From Candidatus Woesearchaeota archaeon (GTDB lineage: Archaea > Nanobdellota > Nanobdellia > Woesearchaeales > J072), in assembly GCA_003695265.1 (NCBI GenBank), contig RFII01000050.1, positions 1 through 33,842 of the forward strand: a stretch of DNA of 33,842 bases, read 5' to 3'. Positions 7,099 to 15,100 of the stretch are shown here, in pieces. The translations under genes were made by a program, and so were the position numbers. The notes below the pieces were generated by a model, which saw nothing but the letters and a program-made list of their open reading frames with translations, was not told the origin of the DNA and searched no databases. Numbering within the stretch: position 1 is the stretch's first letter; every line of letters begins with the position of its first letter.

Positions 7099-8793
7099 TT
7101 AGGTTTCAACTAGCTCTACGCGCAGCTCAACAATGTCAAGCGACTTGCTTAGCGGCACTATTGTTATTCCGTTGCTTCCGGGCTCAACATAATTCCCTAT
7201 GCTTCGGTAAAACTCCGGCTGCCTGGTGTTGAATGAGAATGTGTGGCCATTAACAAAAACTTCCCCCTGCTTCATTTCAAGATCGTCAATGAACCTCAAC
7301 GTAAGAATAACATCGTAAGCGTCGCTTAACACGAAATCATAAAACTCAACGGACTGCGGCCTTTGCCTTGGAGGGCAATCAGGATTATCACCGTCGCTGT
7401 TCTCATAACCTGCCGGGCAGTCGTCACATTCCGACGTGCTTATTCCAGCCTCGCAAATGCTTCTCACACCTGTTGTTGGGAAATCATCACACCACCAGTA
7501 CGAGCCGTTCTCTTCTTCAAAACAGCAGTCTTTATCATAATAAATTGAGCAATCATCAGGGCACTCACCATCAGTGTCATCACCACATTCTCCTTCGCAA
7601 GCCTGAGGCGGATCGCCGTTCTTTTCTTCATATCCTGAAGTGCACCTGCCGCAGTTTTCTGATGACACATAAGACACACACCTGTCATCCTGATTGTCTG
7701 TTTCCAAGTCGCACCAGTAATTGTTGTTTATGAAGCAGCAGTCCTTATCCTCATCCTCATCACAACCGCTGGGACAGTACCCATCAATCACACCACAAAC
7801 ACCCTCTTCAAAAAACTCATCAATAGCACCTTCAAAAAACACGTCCGGCAATTCAAAAAAATAGCTTGGATAAACGCTTTCTTTCAAAAAACTCGTTACC
7901 ATTATCTGATCAATTATTATATTTCCTTTGTTTGTGCTGAACTTTACTTCGTTGTTTCCCTCAAACAACGTTTCTGGGCTTATTTCTATTGGGTTGTTCA
8001 TGCTTTTGCATGCGGGAACGCCCCTAAAAACGCGCTCATTGTTTATAATAATTGATAATGTGCCAACTTTGCTTTGATCGCAGTCTGCGTAAAACACCAT
8101 TTCTGCAGCTTCCAAATTCTCTTTTTCGCTTTCACCAAGGACAAACCTGCTTGAAGCAACTCTTCCAGAAATGTCTGAAACATCAGCTGTTATTTTCACG
8201 TTTTCAAGAAGCATCTCATTTGATTTCCAAAACGCGAATCCTGTCGGAGACACAAGAAATTCCAGCACGTTATTTTGTTGAAGAGCATCTTTAGCCAAAG
8301 GTATTGGGTTTGGAGAGTCAGAAATGTATGAATTAAATATTTCTTTTCCATTTAAAAGAATTATTAACCTTCCATTATGAACGCTTGAAGCAAATGATAA
8401 CAGCACGTTTTCTGTGTTTTCAAAATCATTTATTGGAAATTCCAGAGACTTGAACTGCTTGCCAAAAACGCTGTTTTTTACGTAAATATTGCTGACTTCC
8501 TTTATTATTTTTGAGCTTGTTACTGTCTGCAATGACACGCTCGGCAGCGGGTGTGGTATTTCTCCTGTCTGGATGTTTTCTAATCTTCCAGGGCTTTCAA
8601 GCAGTAAAACCTCATTAAAATCAGACGGAATCCTTCCTCCATTGTCTTCACCAGGAACATTTGGAGTTCTTCCTTCAAGAAGCTCTTCCCTTTCTTTTGG
8701 TGGAAGAAAAAGAATGTACAACACAACAAGTATTCCAATAATAATTATTAATGATGCAGCCCCTGAAGCCCTTTCCTGTGCCTTTCTGCGCAT
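7099..8793 (-). CDS. Membrane-anchored surface protein with a class III (prepilin-like) N-terminus and a duplicated Cys-rich module
   Basis: MRRKAQ followed by hydrophobic LIIIIGILVVLYILF; three beta-rich repeats (hydrophobic-N(G/N)...N-x-hydrophobic); acidic 20-Cys insert; SD GAGGTG at 8802-8807. Confidence 0.8.
   Translation of the reverse strand: MRRKAQERASGAASLIIIIGILVVLYILFLPPKEREELLEGRTPNVPGEDNGGRIPSDFNEVLLLESPGRLENIQTGEIPHPLPSVSLQTVTSSKIIKEVSNIYVKNSVFGKQFKSLEFPINDFENTENVLLSFASSVHNGRLIILLNGKEIFNSYISDSPNPIPLAKDALQQNNVLEFLVSPTGFAFWKSNEMLLENVKITADVSDISGRVASSRFVLGESEKENLEAAEMVFYADCDQSKVGTLSIIINNERVFRGVPACKSMNNPIEISPETLFEGNNEVKFSTNKGNIIIDQIMVTSFLKESVYPSYFFELPDVFFEGAIDEFFEEGVCGVIDGYCPSGCDEDEDKDCCFINNNYWCDLETDNQDDRCVSYVSSENCGRCTSGYEEKNGDPPQACEGECGDDTDGECPDDCSIYYDKDCCFEEENGSYWWCDDFPTTGVRSICEAGISTSECDDCPAGYENSDGDNPDCPPRQRPQSVEFYDFVLSDAYDVILTLRFIDDLEMKQGEVFVNGHTFSFNTRQPEFYRSIGNYVEPGSNGITIVPLSKSLDIVELRVELVET
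7375..7797 (-). repeat. Two tandem ~70-aa Cys-rich protein repeats (10 Cys each)
   Basis: CGVIDGYCPSGC..DKDCCF..YWCD..C..C..CTSGYE...C versus CGDDTDGECPDDC..DKDCCF..WWCD..C..C..CPAGYE...C. Confidence 0.85.
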
Positions 8794-8839
8794 ATAAATT
8801 ACACCTCTATTTTTAGGCGTTTGACATAGCTTTGATTTT

Positions 8840-8877
8840 CAAAAATTATATATATAGAGCACTATTTAAATGTTTTG
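8840..8877. promoter_or_regulatory. Putative overlapping divergent promoters for the surface cluster (-) and pelota (+)
   Basis: Plus strand CAAAAA-TTATATAT (8840-8853); minus strand CAAAACA-TTTAAATA (8877-8863). Confidence 0.45.
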
Positions 8878-8910
8878 CTAATAATAGAGAATTAAAATGA
8901 AAAATCAAAA

Positions 8911-9978
8911 ATGAAAATCATTCATAAAAACTTTAAGACAGGAGAATTAAAATTTCAAGTTCAGAACCCTGATGATTTGTGGCATGTAAGCCAAATAATC
9001 GATCCTGGAGACCTTGTCAGCGGTCAGACTTTTAGAAAAATCAAGATTGGTAACGAAGACCAAAGAAAAGCAGCGACTGTAAAAAAAAAAGTTTTTCTAA
9101 CCATAATGGTTGAGCGCGTTGAATTTCACAAGTACAGCGACACTCTGCGCGTTTTAGGCACGATTGTTGAAGGCCCGGAAGACCTGCAAAAAGGATCACA
9201 CCACACGATAAGCATTGAACAAAACTCAATAATAAAGCTGAAAAAGGAGAAATGGCTTTCTTTCCAAATAGAAAAAGTAGCAGAAGCATCCAAGCAGAAT
9301 CTGCCAAAAATAATCCTTTGCGTCATGGACCGCGAACAAGCAATCTTTGCTCTTTCAAAACAGTTTGATTACCAAATAATATCTTCTATTGAAGGTGATG
9401 TTGAGCGCAAGGAAAAAAGGGCTTCTTTCAAAGGAGGATTTTACACTGAAATAGTAAAAATTTTAAATGATTATTCTAAAAGGTACAAGCCAAAAAACAT
9501 TATTCTTGCGAGCCCGGCTTTTTTCAAAGATGACCTTTACAAAAGCATTAAGGATAAGGATTTGAAAGACCTCATTGTTTTAGCCACTTGCTCTTCTGTA
9601 AGCAAAAACGGCCTGAACGAGCTTCTTAAAAGGCCTGAAGTCCGTCAAGTTCTCCATCAAGACCGTGTCGCAAAAGAAATAAAATTTGTTGAGGAACTGT
9701 TGTCTGAAATCTCAAAGGACGGCGCAGCCTCGTACGGGTTTAACGAAACAAGGGATGCGGCAATTGCAGGAGCAGTAAAAACGCTTCTAGTAACAGACTC
9801 TTTTATTAAGAAAAAAAGAGAATCCGACGATTATTCTTCTCTCGATTCTGTTATGAAAGCAGTTGACGCTTCAAAAGGCGAAATTCACATAATAAGCTCT
9901 GACAACGACGCTGGAAAAAAACTTGATGGTCTCGGCGGAATAGGTGCTGTTTTAAGGTATAAAACAAATTTTTCATAA
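8911..9978 (+). CDS. pelA: mRNA surveillance / ribosome rescue protein Pelota (Dom34)
   Basis: N-terminal DDLWH..I..GD and LRVLGTI..GP...GSHHT; central ASPAFFK; C-terminal AGKKLDGLGGIGAVLRY. Confidence 0.96.
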   Translation: MKIIHKNFKTGELKFQVQNPDDLWHVSQIIDPGDLVSGQTFRKIKIGNEDQRKAATVKKKVFLTIMVERVEFHKYSDTLRVLGTIVEGPEDLQKGSHHTISIEQNSIIKLKKEKWLSFQIEKVAEASKQNLPKIILCVMDREQAIFALSKQFDYQIISSIEGDVERKEKRASFKGGFYTEIVKILNDYSKRYKPKNIILASPAFFKDDLYKSIKDKDLKDLIVLATCSSVSKNGLNELLKRPEVRQVLHQDRVAKEIKFVEELLSEISKDGAASYGFNETRDAAIAGAVKTLLVTDSFIKKKRESDDYSSLDSVMKAVDASKGEIHIISSDNDAGKKLDGLGGIGAVLRYKTNFS

Positions 9979-9982
9979 TATA

Positions 9983-9990
9983 TTTTTTTT
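9983..9990 (+). terminator. Oligo-T terminator candidate after pelota
   Basis: T8 tract a few nt after the stop codon. Confidence 0.5.
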
Positions 9991-10020
9991 CTATATTTAT
10001 ATATCCTAATCATTCTAGAA

Positions 10021-10036
10021 GAGGAATCTTTAAATA
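10021..10036 (+). promoter_or_regulatory. Putative BRE/TATA promoter of the TrmB-family gene
   Basis: GAGGAATC-TTTAAATA, which would give a leader of about 140 nt ending in SD GGAGG (10184-10188). Confidence 0.45.
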
Positions 10037-10197
10037 GTAGTTATTCTATAATAGTATAAGCATATATTAACTGTTAAGTAAAAAACAAAGCTTGTTCGGC
10101 TTGAAAAACCATTACTAAAGGGTAAAAAATCATAACATATTAATAGTAGTAGTTCATCAGTACTCAACATTGTAGTAAATGTCGGAGGGGATGATTG

Positions 10198-11016
10198 ATG
10201 ATTGTTAAAGAAGAATTTTTAAGCAAACTACGTCGATATTTTTCTCTTAATTTGTACGAAGTCAAAATCTGGACAGCTCTTCTTTCTCGCGGCGTTTCAA
10301 CAGCAGGCGAGCTTTCAGACATAGCAAACGTTCCAAGATCAAGAAGCTATGACATTCTTGAAAGCCTAGAAAAAAAGGGTTTTGTTGTCATGAAGCTTGG
10401 AAAGCCAATAAAATACGTTGCTGTTCCCCCAGAAGAAGTCGTTGAGCGCGTGAAGAAAAACGTTAAGTTGGACGCGGAGCGCCAGACAAAGCTTCTTGAA
10501 AAATTAAAGGACACTGAGATACTAACTGAACTAAATTCTCTCCACAATCAAGGAGTCGAGCTAATAGAACCGACCGACCTTAGCGGCTCCTTGAAAGGAA
10601 GGCATAACCTTTACAATCATCTTGAGCTGACAATAAAAAATGCTGAGGAATCAGTTACCATCATGACAACACAGTTAGGTCTTATAAGAAAGATTGAGGG
10701 CTTCAGACACGTGTTTGAGCAGCTGAAAAAGAGGGGTGTTAAAATAAGAATAGCAGCCCCAATAACAAAAGAATCTAAGGCAGCAGTAAAAAGCCTTGGC
10801 AACCTCGCTGAGATAAGGCACACTGACAACCCGGCAAGATTCGTTGTTGTCGACGGAAAAGAGCTTGTGTTTATGGTGTTGAATGACACTGAAGTGCATC
10901 CAACTTATGACGTTGGCATATGGGTTAACACGCCGTTCTTTGCGAGCGCCCTTGAAGGGTTGTTTGATTTGGCATGGAAGAACATGAAGCCGGTCAAAGC
11001 CACAGCCATCAAATAA
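10198..11016 (+). CDS. TrmB-family transcriptional regulator / chromatin protein (wHTH plus C-terminal PLD-like domain)
   Basis: LNLYEVKIWTALL...TAGELSDIANVPRSRSYDILESLEKKGFV...GKPIKYVAVPP; C-terminal ARFVVVDGKE. ATG 10198 lies 9 nt after GGAGG. Confidence 0.92.
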   Translation: MIVKEEFLSKLRRYFSLNLYEVKIWTALLSRGVSTAGELSDIANVPRSRSYDILESLEKKGFVVMKLGKPIKYVAVPPEEVVERVKKNVKLDAERQTKLLEKLKDTEILTELNSLHNQGVELIEPTDLSGSLKGRHNLYNHLELTIKNAEESVTIMTTQLGLIRKIEGFRHVFEQLKKRGVKIRIAAPITKESKAAVKSLGNLAEIRHTDNPARFVVVDGKELVFMVLNDTEVHPTYDVGIWVNTPFFASALEGLFDLAWKNMKPVKATAIK

Positions 11017-11021
11017 ATATC

Positions 11022-11049
11022 TTTTTAACCTTTTTTTCTAAGCCTTTTT
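11022..11049 (+). terminator. Tandem oligo-T terminator candidates after the TrmB-family gene
   Basis: T5, T7 and T5 tracts directly after the stop. Confidence 0.5.
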
Positions 11050-11163
11050 AACAAATAGTTAAGTAAATTTTGTTGTTTTGAATTATTGTAAAAATTCTTA
11101 GTCCTACCCACACCACCCAAAAGCATGAAAGCTTTCTAACTTAAGCTGACAGCACACTTAAAT

Positions 11164-11180
11164 CACAAACTTTTTATACA
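11164..11180 (+). promoter_or_regulatory. Putative BRE/TATA promoter for pheS (leaderless)
   Basis: CACAAAC-TTTTTATACA ending 25 nt before the ATG; no SD. Confidence 0.45.
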
Positions 11181-11205
11181 GGATTATTCCTTTTTCCCCA
11201 CTATA

Positions 11206-12738
11206 ATGAACATTGACAAGATTATTGACACGCTGCACCCATTGGAAAGGGCAGTGCTTCCAGCACTTTCAAACCACAACAAATTTGAAGAGATAGTCTT
11301 CAACTCCAAATTAAAAGATATAGAAGTGATGCGCGCCCTGCAGTGGCTCCAAAACAAAGGAATAGTTGAATCAAAGCAGGAATCAAAGGAAATAATAAGC
11401 TTGGACCAAAACGGAAAAAAATATTTGGTGAGTGGCCTTCCAGAAAGAAAGTTTCTTGAATTAATAAAAGAGAAAGAAATGCCCCTTTCTTCAATTATGA
11501 ATGAGGGGAAATTTCAAAGAGAAGAGCTTAACGTTTGCATTGGAGTACTGAAAGGAAAAGCGGCAATAAGCGTTGAGAAGGGAAAGGAGTTACTTGTTTC
11601 AATAACAGAACAAGGGAGAAAATTATTGGAAAAAGAATTCTTGGAAGAAAAATTTCTGAAGAAAGATTTTCCTCTTGAAATATCTCAACTAACGCCTGAA
11701 GAAAGATTCGCTTTCCAAAACCTTCTGAAAAGGAAGAATTTCCTTCGTGTAGAAAACAAGAAAGTAAAATACTTTTTTTTAACCGATTTGGGGAAGCAAA
11801 TAATAGAAAAAGGCCTCGGCGACTCAGAAATCATAGACTCTTTGACGCCGTCAATGATCAAGGACGGGTCTTGGCGCAATAAAAAGTTCAGGAGATATGA
11901 TATAAAAGTTAACGTGCCAAAAACTTTCGGCGGAAAGCGCCACTTCGTGAGCCAGGCAATAGAATACGCTAAAAGAATCTGGCTGGACATGGGATTTAAG
12001 GAAATGACAGGACCAATAATTCAAACATCTTTTTGGAACTTTGACGCGCTTTTCACAGCCCAAGACCACCCAGTCAGGGACTTACAAGACACGTTTTACA
12101 TTAAGGACCCTGCACACGGCAAGCTTCCAAAAAAAGAATTAGTGATGAAAGTAAGAAAAGCGCATGAAGAAGGCGTTGCAGGAAGCACGGGCTGGAATTA
12201 CTCATGGAATCAAAAGGAAGCAACGAAAAACGTTTTGAGAACACACACAACTGTCCTGAGCGCCAGAACAATCGCAGCCCTGAAAAAAGACGAGCTTCCC
12301 GCAAAATACTTTTCAGTGGCGAAATGCTTCAGGAATGAGACTCTTGACTGGAGCCACTTGTTCGAGTTCAACCAAACAGAAGGCATTGTTGTTGATGAAA
12401 ACGCCAATTTTAGGCACCTTCTGGGGTATTTGAAAGAGTTTTTTGCAAAGATGGGTTTTCCAAAAGCAAGGTTTAGGCCCGCTTATTTCCCATACACAGA
12501 GCCAAGCGTTGAGATAGACGTGCTTCACCCAGTTCATAAAGAATGGGTTGAACTAGGCGGAGCAGGAATTTTCCGGCCAGAAGTAGTTGTTCCTCTTTTG
12601 GGAAAAGACATTCCTGTGCTTGCGTGGGGGCCCGGCTTTGACCGCATAATACTTGATTATTACAAGATAAATGATATAAGGGAACTTTACAAGAATGACC
12701 TTAACCAGCTGAGAACAATAAGAGCTTGGATGAAATAA
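11206..12738 (+). CDS. pheS: Phenylalanine--tRNA ligase alpha subunit (archaeal type)
   Basis: FWNFDALFTAQDHPVRDLQDTFY, LRTHTT, FRNETLDWSHLFEF, YFPYTEPS, ELGGAGIFRPE. Confidence 0.98.
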   Translation: MNIDKIIDTLHPLERAVLPALSNHNKFEEIVFNSKLKDIEVMRALQWLQNKGIVESKQESKEIISLDQNGKKYLVSGLPERKFLELIKEKEMPLSSIMNEGKFQREELNVCIGVLKGKAAISVEKGKELLVSITEQGRKLLEKEFLEEKFLKKDFPLEISQLTPEERFAFQNLLKRKNFLRVENKKVKYFFLTDLGKQIIEKGLGDSEIIDSLTPSMIKDGSWRNKKFRRYDIKVNVPKTFGGKRHFVSQAIEYAKRIWLDMGFKEMTGPIIQTSFWNFDALFTAQDHPVRDLQDTFYIKDPAHGKLPKKELVMKVRKAHEEGVAGSTGWNYSWNQKEATKNVLRTHTTVLSARTIAALKKDELPAKYFSVAKCFRNETLDWSHLFEFNQTEGIVVDENANFRHLLGYLKEFFAKMGFPKARFRPAYFPYTEPSVEIDVLHPVHKEWVELGGAGIFRPEVVVPLLGKDIPVLAWGPGFDRIILDYYKINDIRELYKNDLNQLRTIRAWMK

Positions 12739-12794
12739 TAAAATCATTAAAAACAATTAACAAAATAAAATCTGAAAAAACAAATAGGATAAAA

Positions 12795-14441
12795 ATGCCC
12801 GCAGTAACATTAAACAAGAAAGTCTTTGAAAAGCTTGTTGGAAAGAAACTGTCAGACAAGTTTCTCTCAGAAAGGATTCCTATGATTGGAACAGACTTAG
12901 GCAAAATAACACAAGACAATATAGAAGTTGAGGTTTTCCCTAACAGGCCTGACATGCTGTCCGAGCAGGGCTTCGCAAGGGCTTTTAGAAGCTTTATAGG
13001 TTTAAAAAAAGGCCTGCAGACTTACACTATTAAAAAAAGCAGCTACAAAGTAATAATCGACCCCTCTGTCAAGAACGTCAGGCCGTACACCGCGTGCGCT
13101 GTTGTCAAAGGTATAATGTTTGATGATGAGAAAATTAGGGAAGTAATCCAAATACAGGAAAAGCTTCACGTCACTTATGGAAGGAACAGGCGAAAAGTAG
13201 CTATCGGAATTTATCCGTTTGAAAAAATAAGAACTCCAATAAAATACTTGGCGAAGAGGCCTGAAGAGATCAGGTTCAAGCCTTTGGAATCTCCACGCGT
13301 AATGAATGGAAGGCAGATTCTTTCCCAGCACGGCACAGGTAGAGAATACGCCCATCTTCTTGAAGGATTCTCAAAATTCCCTGTTTTCATTGACGCAAAC
13401 AAAAAAGTGCTTTCAATGCCTCCAATAATCAACAGTGATGACGTTGGCAAGATAACAGAATCAACGAGAGACGTTTTTATTGAGTGCTCCGGATTTGATT
13501 TTAATGTTCTGAGCAAATGCCTTAACATGATTGTAACCGCTCTGGCTGACATGGGCGGAACAATTTATTCTATGCAGTTAAATTACGGAAGCAAAAAAAT
13601 CGTAACACCAAACCTCGAGCCAGAAAAAATGAAGATTGACATAAATTACATAAACAAGATTTTAGGGCTCAGCCTTAAAGAACCTGAAATAAAAAAATAT
13701 TTGCTTATGATGGGCTTTGGCTATAAGAATAAAACTGTTCTTATTCCAGCGTACAGGGCAGACATACTGCACCAAATTGACTTGGCAGAAGACATAGCTA
13801 TTGCTTACGGTTATGAAAACTTTAAGCATGAAATTCCGAACGTCTCAACCATTGCCAAGGAAGACGAATTTGAGGTTTTTAAGAGGAGAATAGCAAACAT
13901 TCTTGTCGGTCTCGGATTGATTGAAGTGAACACTTACAACTTGACTAACGAGGAAATACACAACAAAAAACCGAATTCTGACCTGAAGGGTATTGAAATA
14001 ATCGATGCCAAAAACGGCGACTTTAATCTTTTGAGGGCGTGGATGATCCCAAGCCTTTTGAACGTTTTAAGCGAGAACAAGCGCTACGAATACCCTCAGA
14101 AAATCTTTGATATTGGATATGTTTTCAAGCCGGACGCAACAACAGAAACAAGGATTGCTGAGATGCAAAGGCTTTGCGTAATTGTTTCGCATGCAAAAGC
14201 TGATTATACAGAAATAAAGCAGGTGCTTGACTTTTTGATGAGCACCCTAAACCTGAGCTATGAAATAGAAGATGTTGACAACAACACCTTTATTCCAGGC
14301 AGGGTCGGCCGAGTTTCAGTTAAAGGAAGAAAAGTTGCGTTTATAGGAGAAATTCACCCGCAAGTGCTGGAAAACTTTAATCTGGAAATGCCTGTAGCAG
14401 CATTAGAACTAAACCTTACCGACCTTTTTGGCGTCTTCTAA
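12795..14441 (+). CDS. pheT: Phenylalanine--tRNA ligase beta subunit
   Basis: PNRPDMLS, QEKLH..GRNRRKVAIG, LSMPPIINS, YRADILHQIDLAEDIAIAYGY, GEIHPQVL. Start moved to ATG 12795 (MPAV). Confidence 0.97.
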   Translation: MPAVTLNKKVFEKLVGKKLSDKFLSERIPMIGTDLGKITQDNIEVEVFPNRPDMLSEQGFARAFRSFIGLKKGLQTYTIKKSSYKVIIDPSVKNVRPYTACAVVKGIMFDDEKIREVIQIQEKLHVTYGRNRRKVAIGIYPFEKIRTPIKYLAKRPEEIRFKPLESPRVMNGRQILSQHGTGREYAHLLEGFSKFPVFIDANKKVLSMPPIINSDDVGKITESTRDVFIECSGFDFNVLSKCLNMIVTALADMGGTIYSMQLNYGSKKIVTPNLEPEKMKIDINYINKILGLSLKEPEIKKYLLMMGFGYKNKTVLIPAYRADILHQIDLAEDIAIAYGYENFKHEIPNVSTIAKEDEFEVFKRRIANILVGLGLIEVNTYNLTNEEIHNKKPNSDLKGIEIIDAKNGDFNLLRAWMIPSLLNVLSENKRYEYPQKIFDIGYVFKPDATTETRIAEMQRLCVIVSHAKADYTEIKQVLDFLMSTLNLSYEIEDVDNNTFIPGRVGRVSVKGRKVAFIGEIHPQVLENFNLEMPVAALELNLTDLFGVF

Positions 14442-14780
14442 TTTTTTCTCTTCCTTTTCCTTCTTTTTCTCTTCCTTTTTCTCTTCTTTTTTTGTTTGTT
14501 TTTGCAGGGATTTTTCAGGTTTCTTCTCTTTTTTCACTTTCTCCTTTATTTCAATGCCTAACTTCTTAAATTCTCTAACAACTTCTGCGTGGCTCGCGCC
14601 TTTAGAAATCTTTATAACCTTGCTTGTCGGCTCAATATGCTTTACATTGCACTTCTTCCTTCTCGTCTCGCCGTCTATAAGAACATAATTGTTGTTAAGA
14701 ACGTCAACTATTACACATCTCTTGTTGCTGTCCCTTCCGGCAATCTTCAAGCACACTCTCCCCACTTCAATAACTGCCAT
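14409..14780 (-). CDS. rpl14e: 50S ribosomal protein eL14 (L14e) with K/E-rich tail
   Basis: IEVGRVCLKIAGRD...RRKKCNVKHIEPT; operon position. Confidence 0.95.
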   Translation of the reverse strand: MAVIEVGRVCLKIAGRDSNKRCVIVDVLNNNYVLIDGETRRKKCNVKHIEPTSKVIKISKGASHAEVVREFKKLGIEIKEKVKKEKKPEKSLQKQTKKEEKKEEKKKEKEEKKLEDAKKVGKV

Positions 14781-14782
14781 TT

Positions 14783-15052
14783 TCAGATACTCCTCGCTTT
14801 TTTCTTAAGCTCTTTTCTCGAGCAGGCAGAGCACAAAACACCGCCGAAAGCCCTCTCAGGCCTTTTCTTTGTTTTCGCCATGTTTTTCATCTTTTTAGGC
14901 CTTTCCCTAGCAACTCCTGCAAGCGGTTTGCGGCAAGAAGCGCATATGGCTTTCGCTGGCTTTTTTTTCTTATAATGAATCTTTGTTTTTCCTCCAGGTG
15001 TTTTTACAAAAACCTTTCTTAACGTCCTTGATTTGTGTCTTCCGCTAGGCAT
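14783..15052 (-). CDS. rpl34e: 50S ribosomal protein eL34 (L34e)
   Basis: VKTPGG, CASC, KRPERAFGGVLCSAC; start ATG 15052. Confidence 0.95.
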   Translation of the reverse strand: MPSGRHKSRTLRKVFVKTPGGKTKIHYKKKKPAKAICASCRKPLAGVARERPKKMKNMAKTKKRPERAFGGVLCSACSRKELKKKARSI

Positions 15053-15072
15053 TTTTCTCTGGAATAATATTT

Positions 15073-15090
15073 TATTTAAAAAACTTGCGC
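15073..15090 (-). promoter_or_regulatory. Possible internal promoter for rpl34e-rpl14e
   Basis: GCGCAAGTTTTTTAAATA ending about 21-23 nt before the rpl34e ATG. Confidence 0.35.
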
Positions 15091-15100
15091 ATGACAAGCG

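Noticed and set aside
9081-9090. A10 run in pelota as a stalling or frameshift signal
   Set aside because: The ORF is intact (V-K-K-K-V) and A8-A9 runs are common in this Lys-rich genome.
10191-10208. Out-of-frame mini-ORF ATG ATT GAT GAT TGT TAA at the trmB start
   Set aside because: Only 2 nt from the SD core, too close for initiation; it arises from the ATGATTG duplication.
9979-11205. tRNA, CRISPR array or replication origin in the larger intergenic gaps around trmB
   Set aside because: No cloverleaf or T-loop consensus, no regularly spaced repeats, no ORB-like elements and no cdc6 nearby.
12726-12794. N-terminal extensions in the ORF track (pheT from 12726; likewise rpl34e 15097, secY 17269, rpl6 21104, TOPRIM 31309)
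   Set aside because: Longest-ORF artefacts. Downstream ATGs match family N-termini and the SD or promoter positions.
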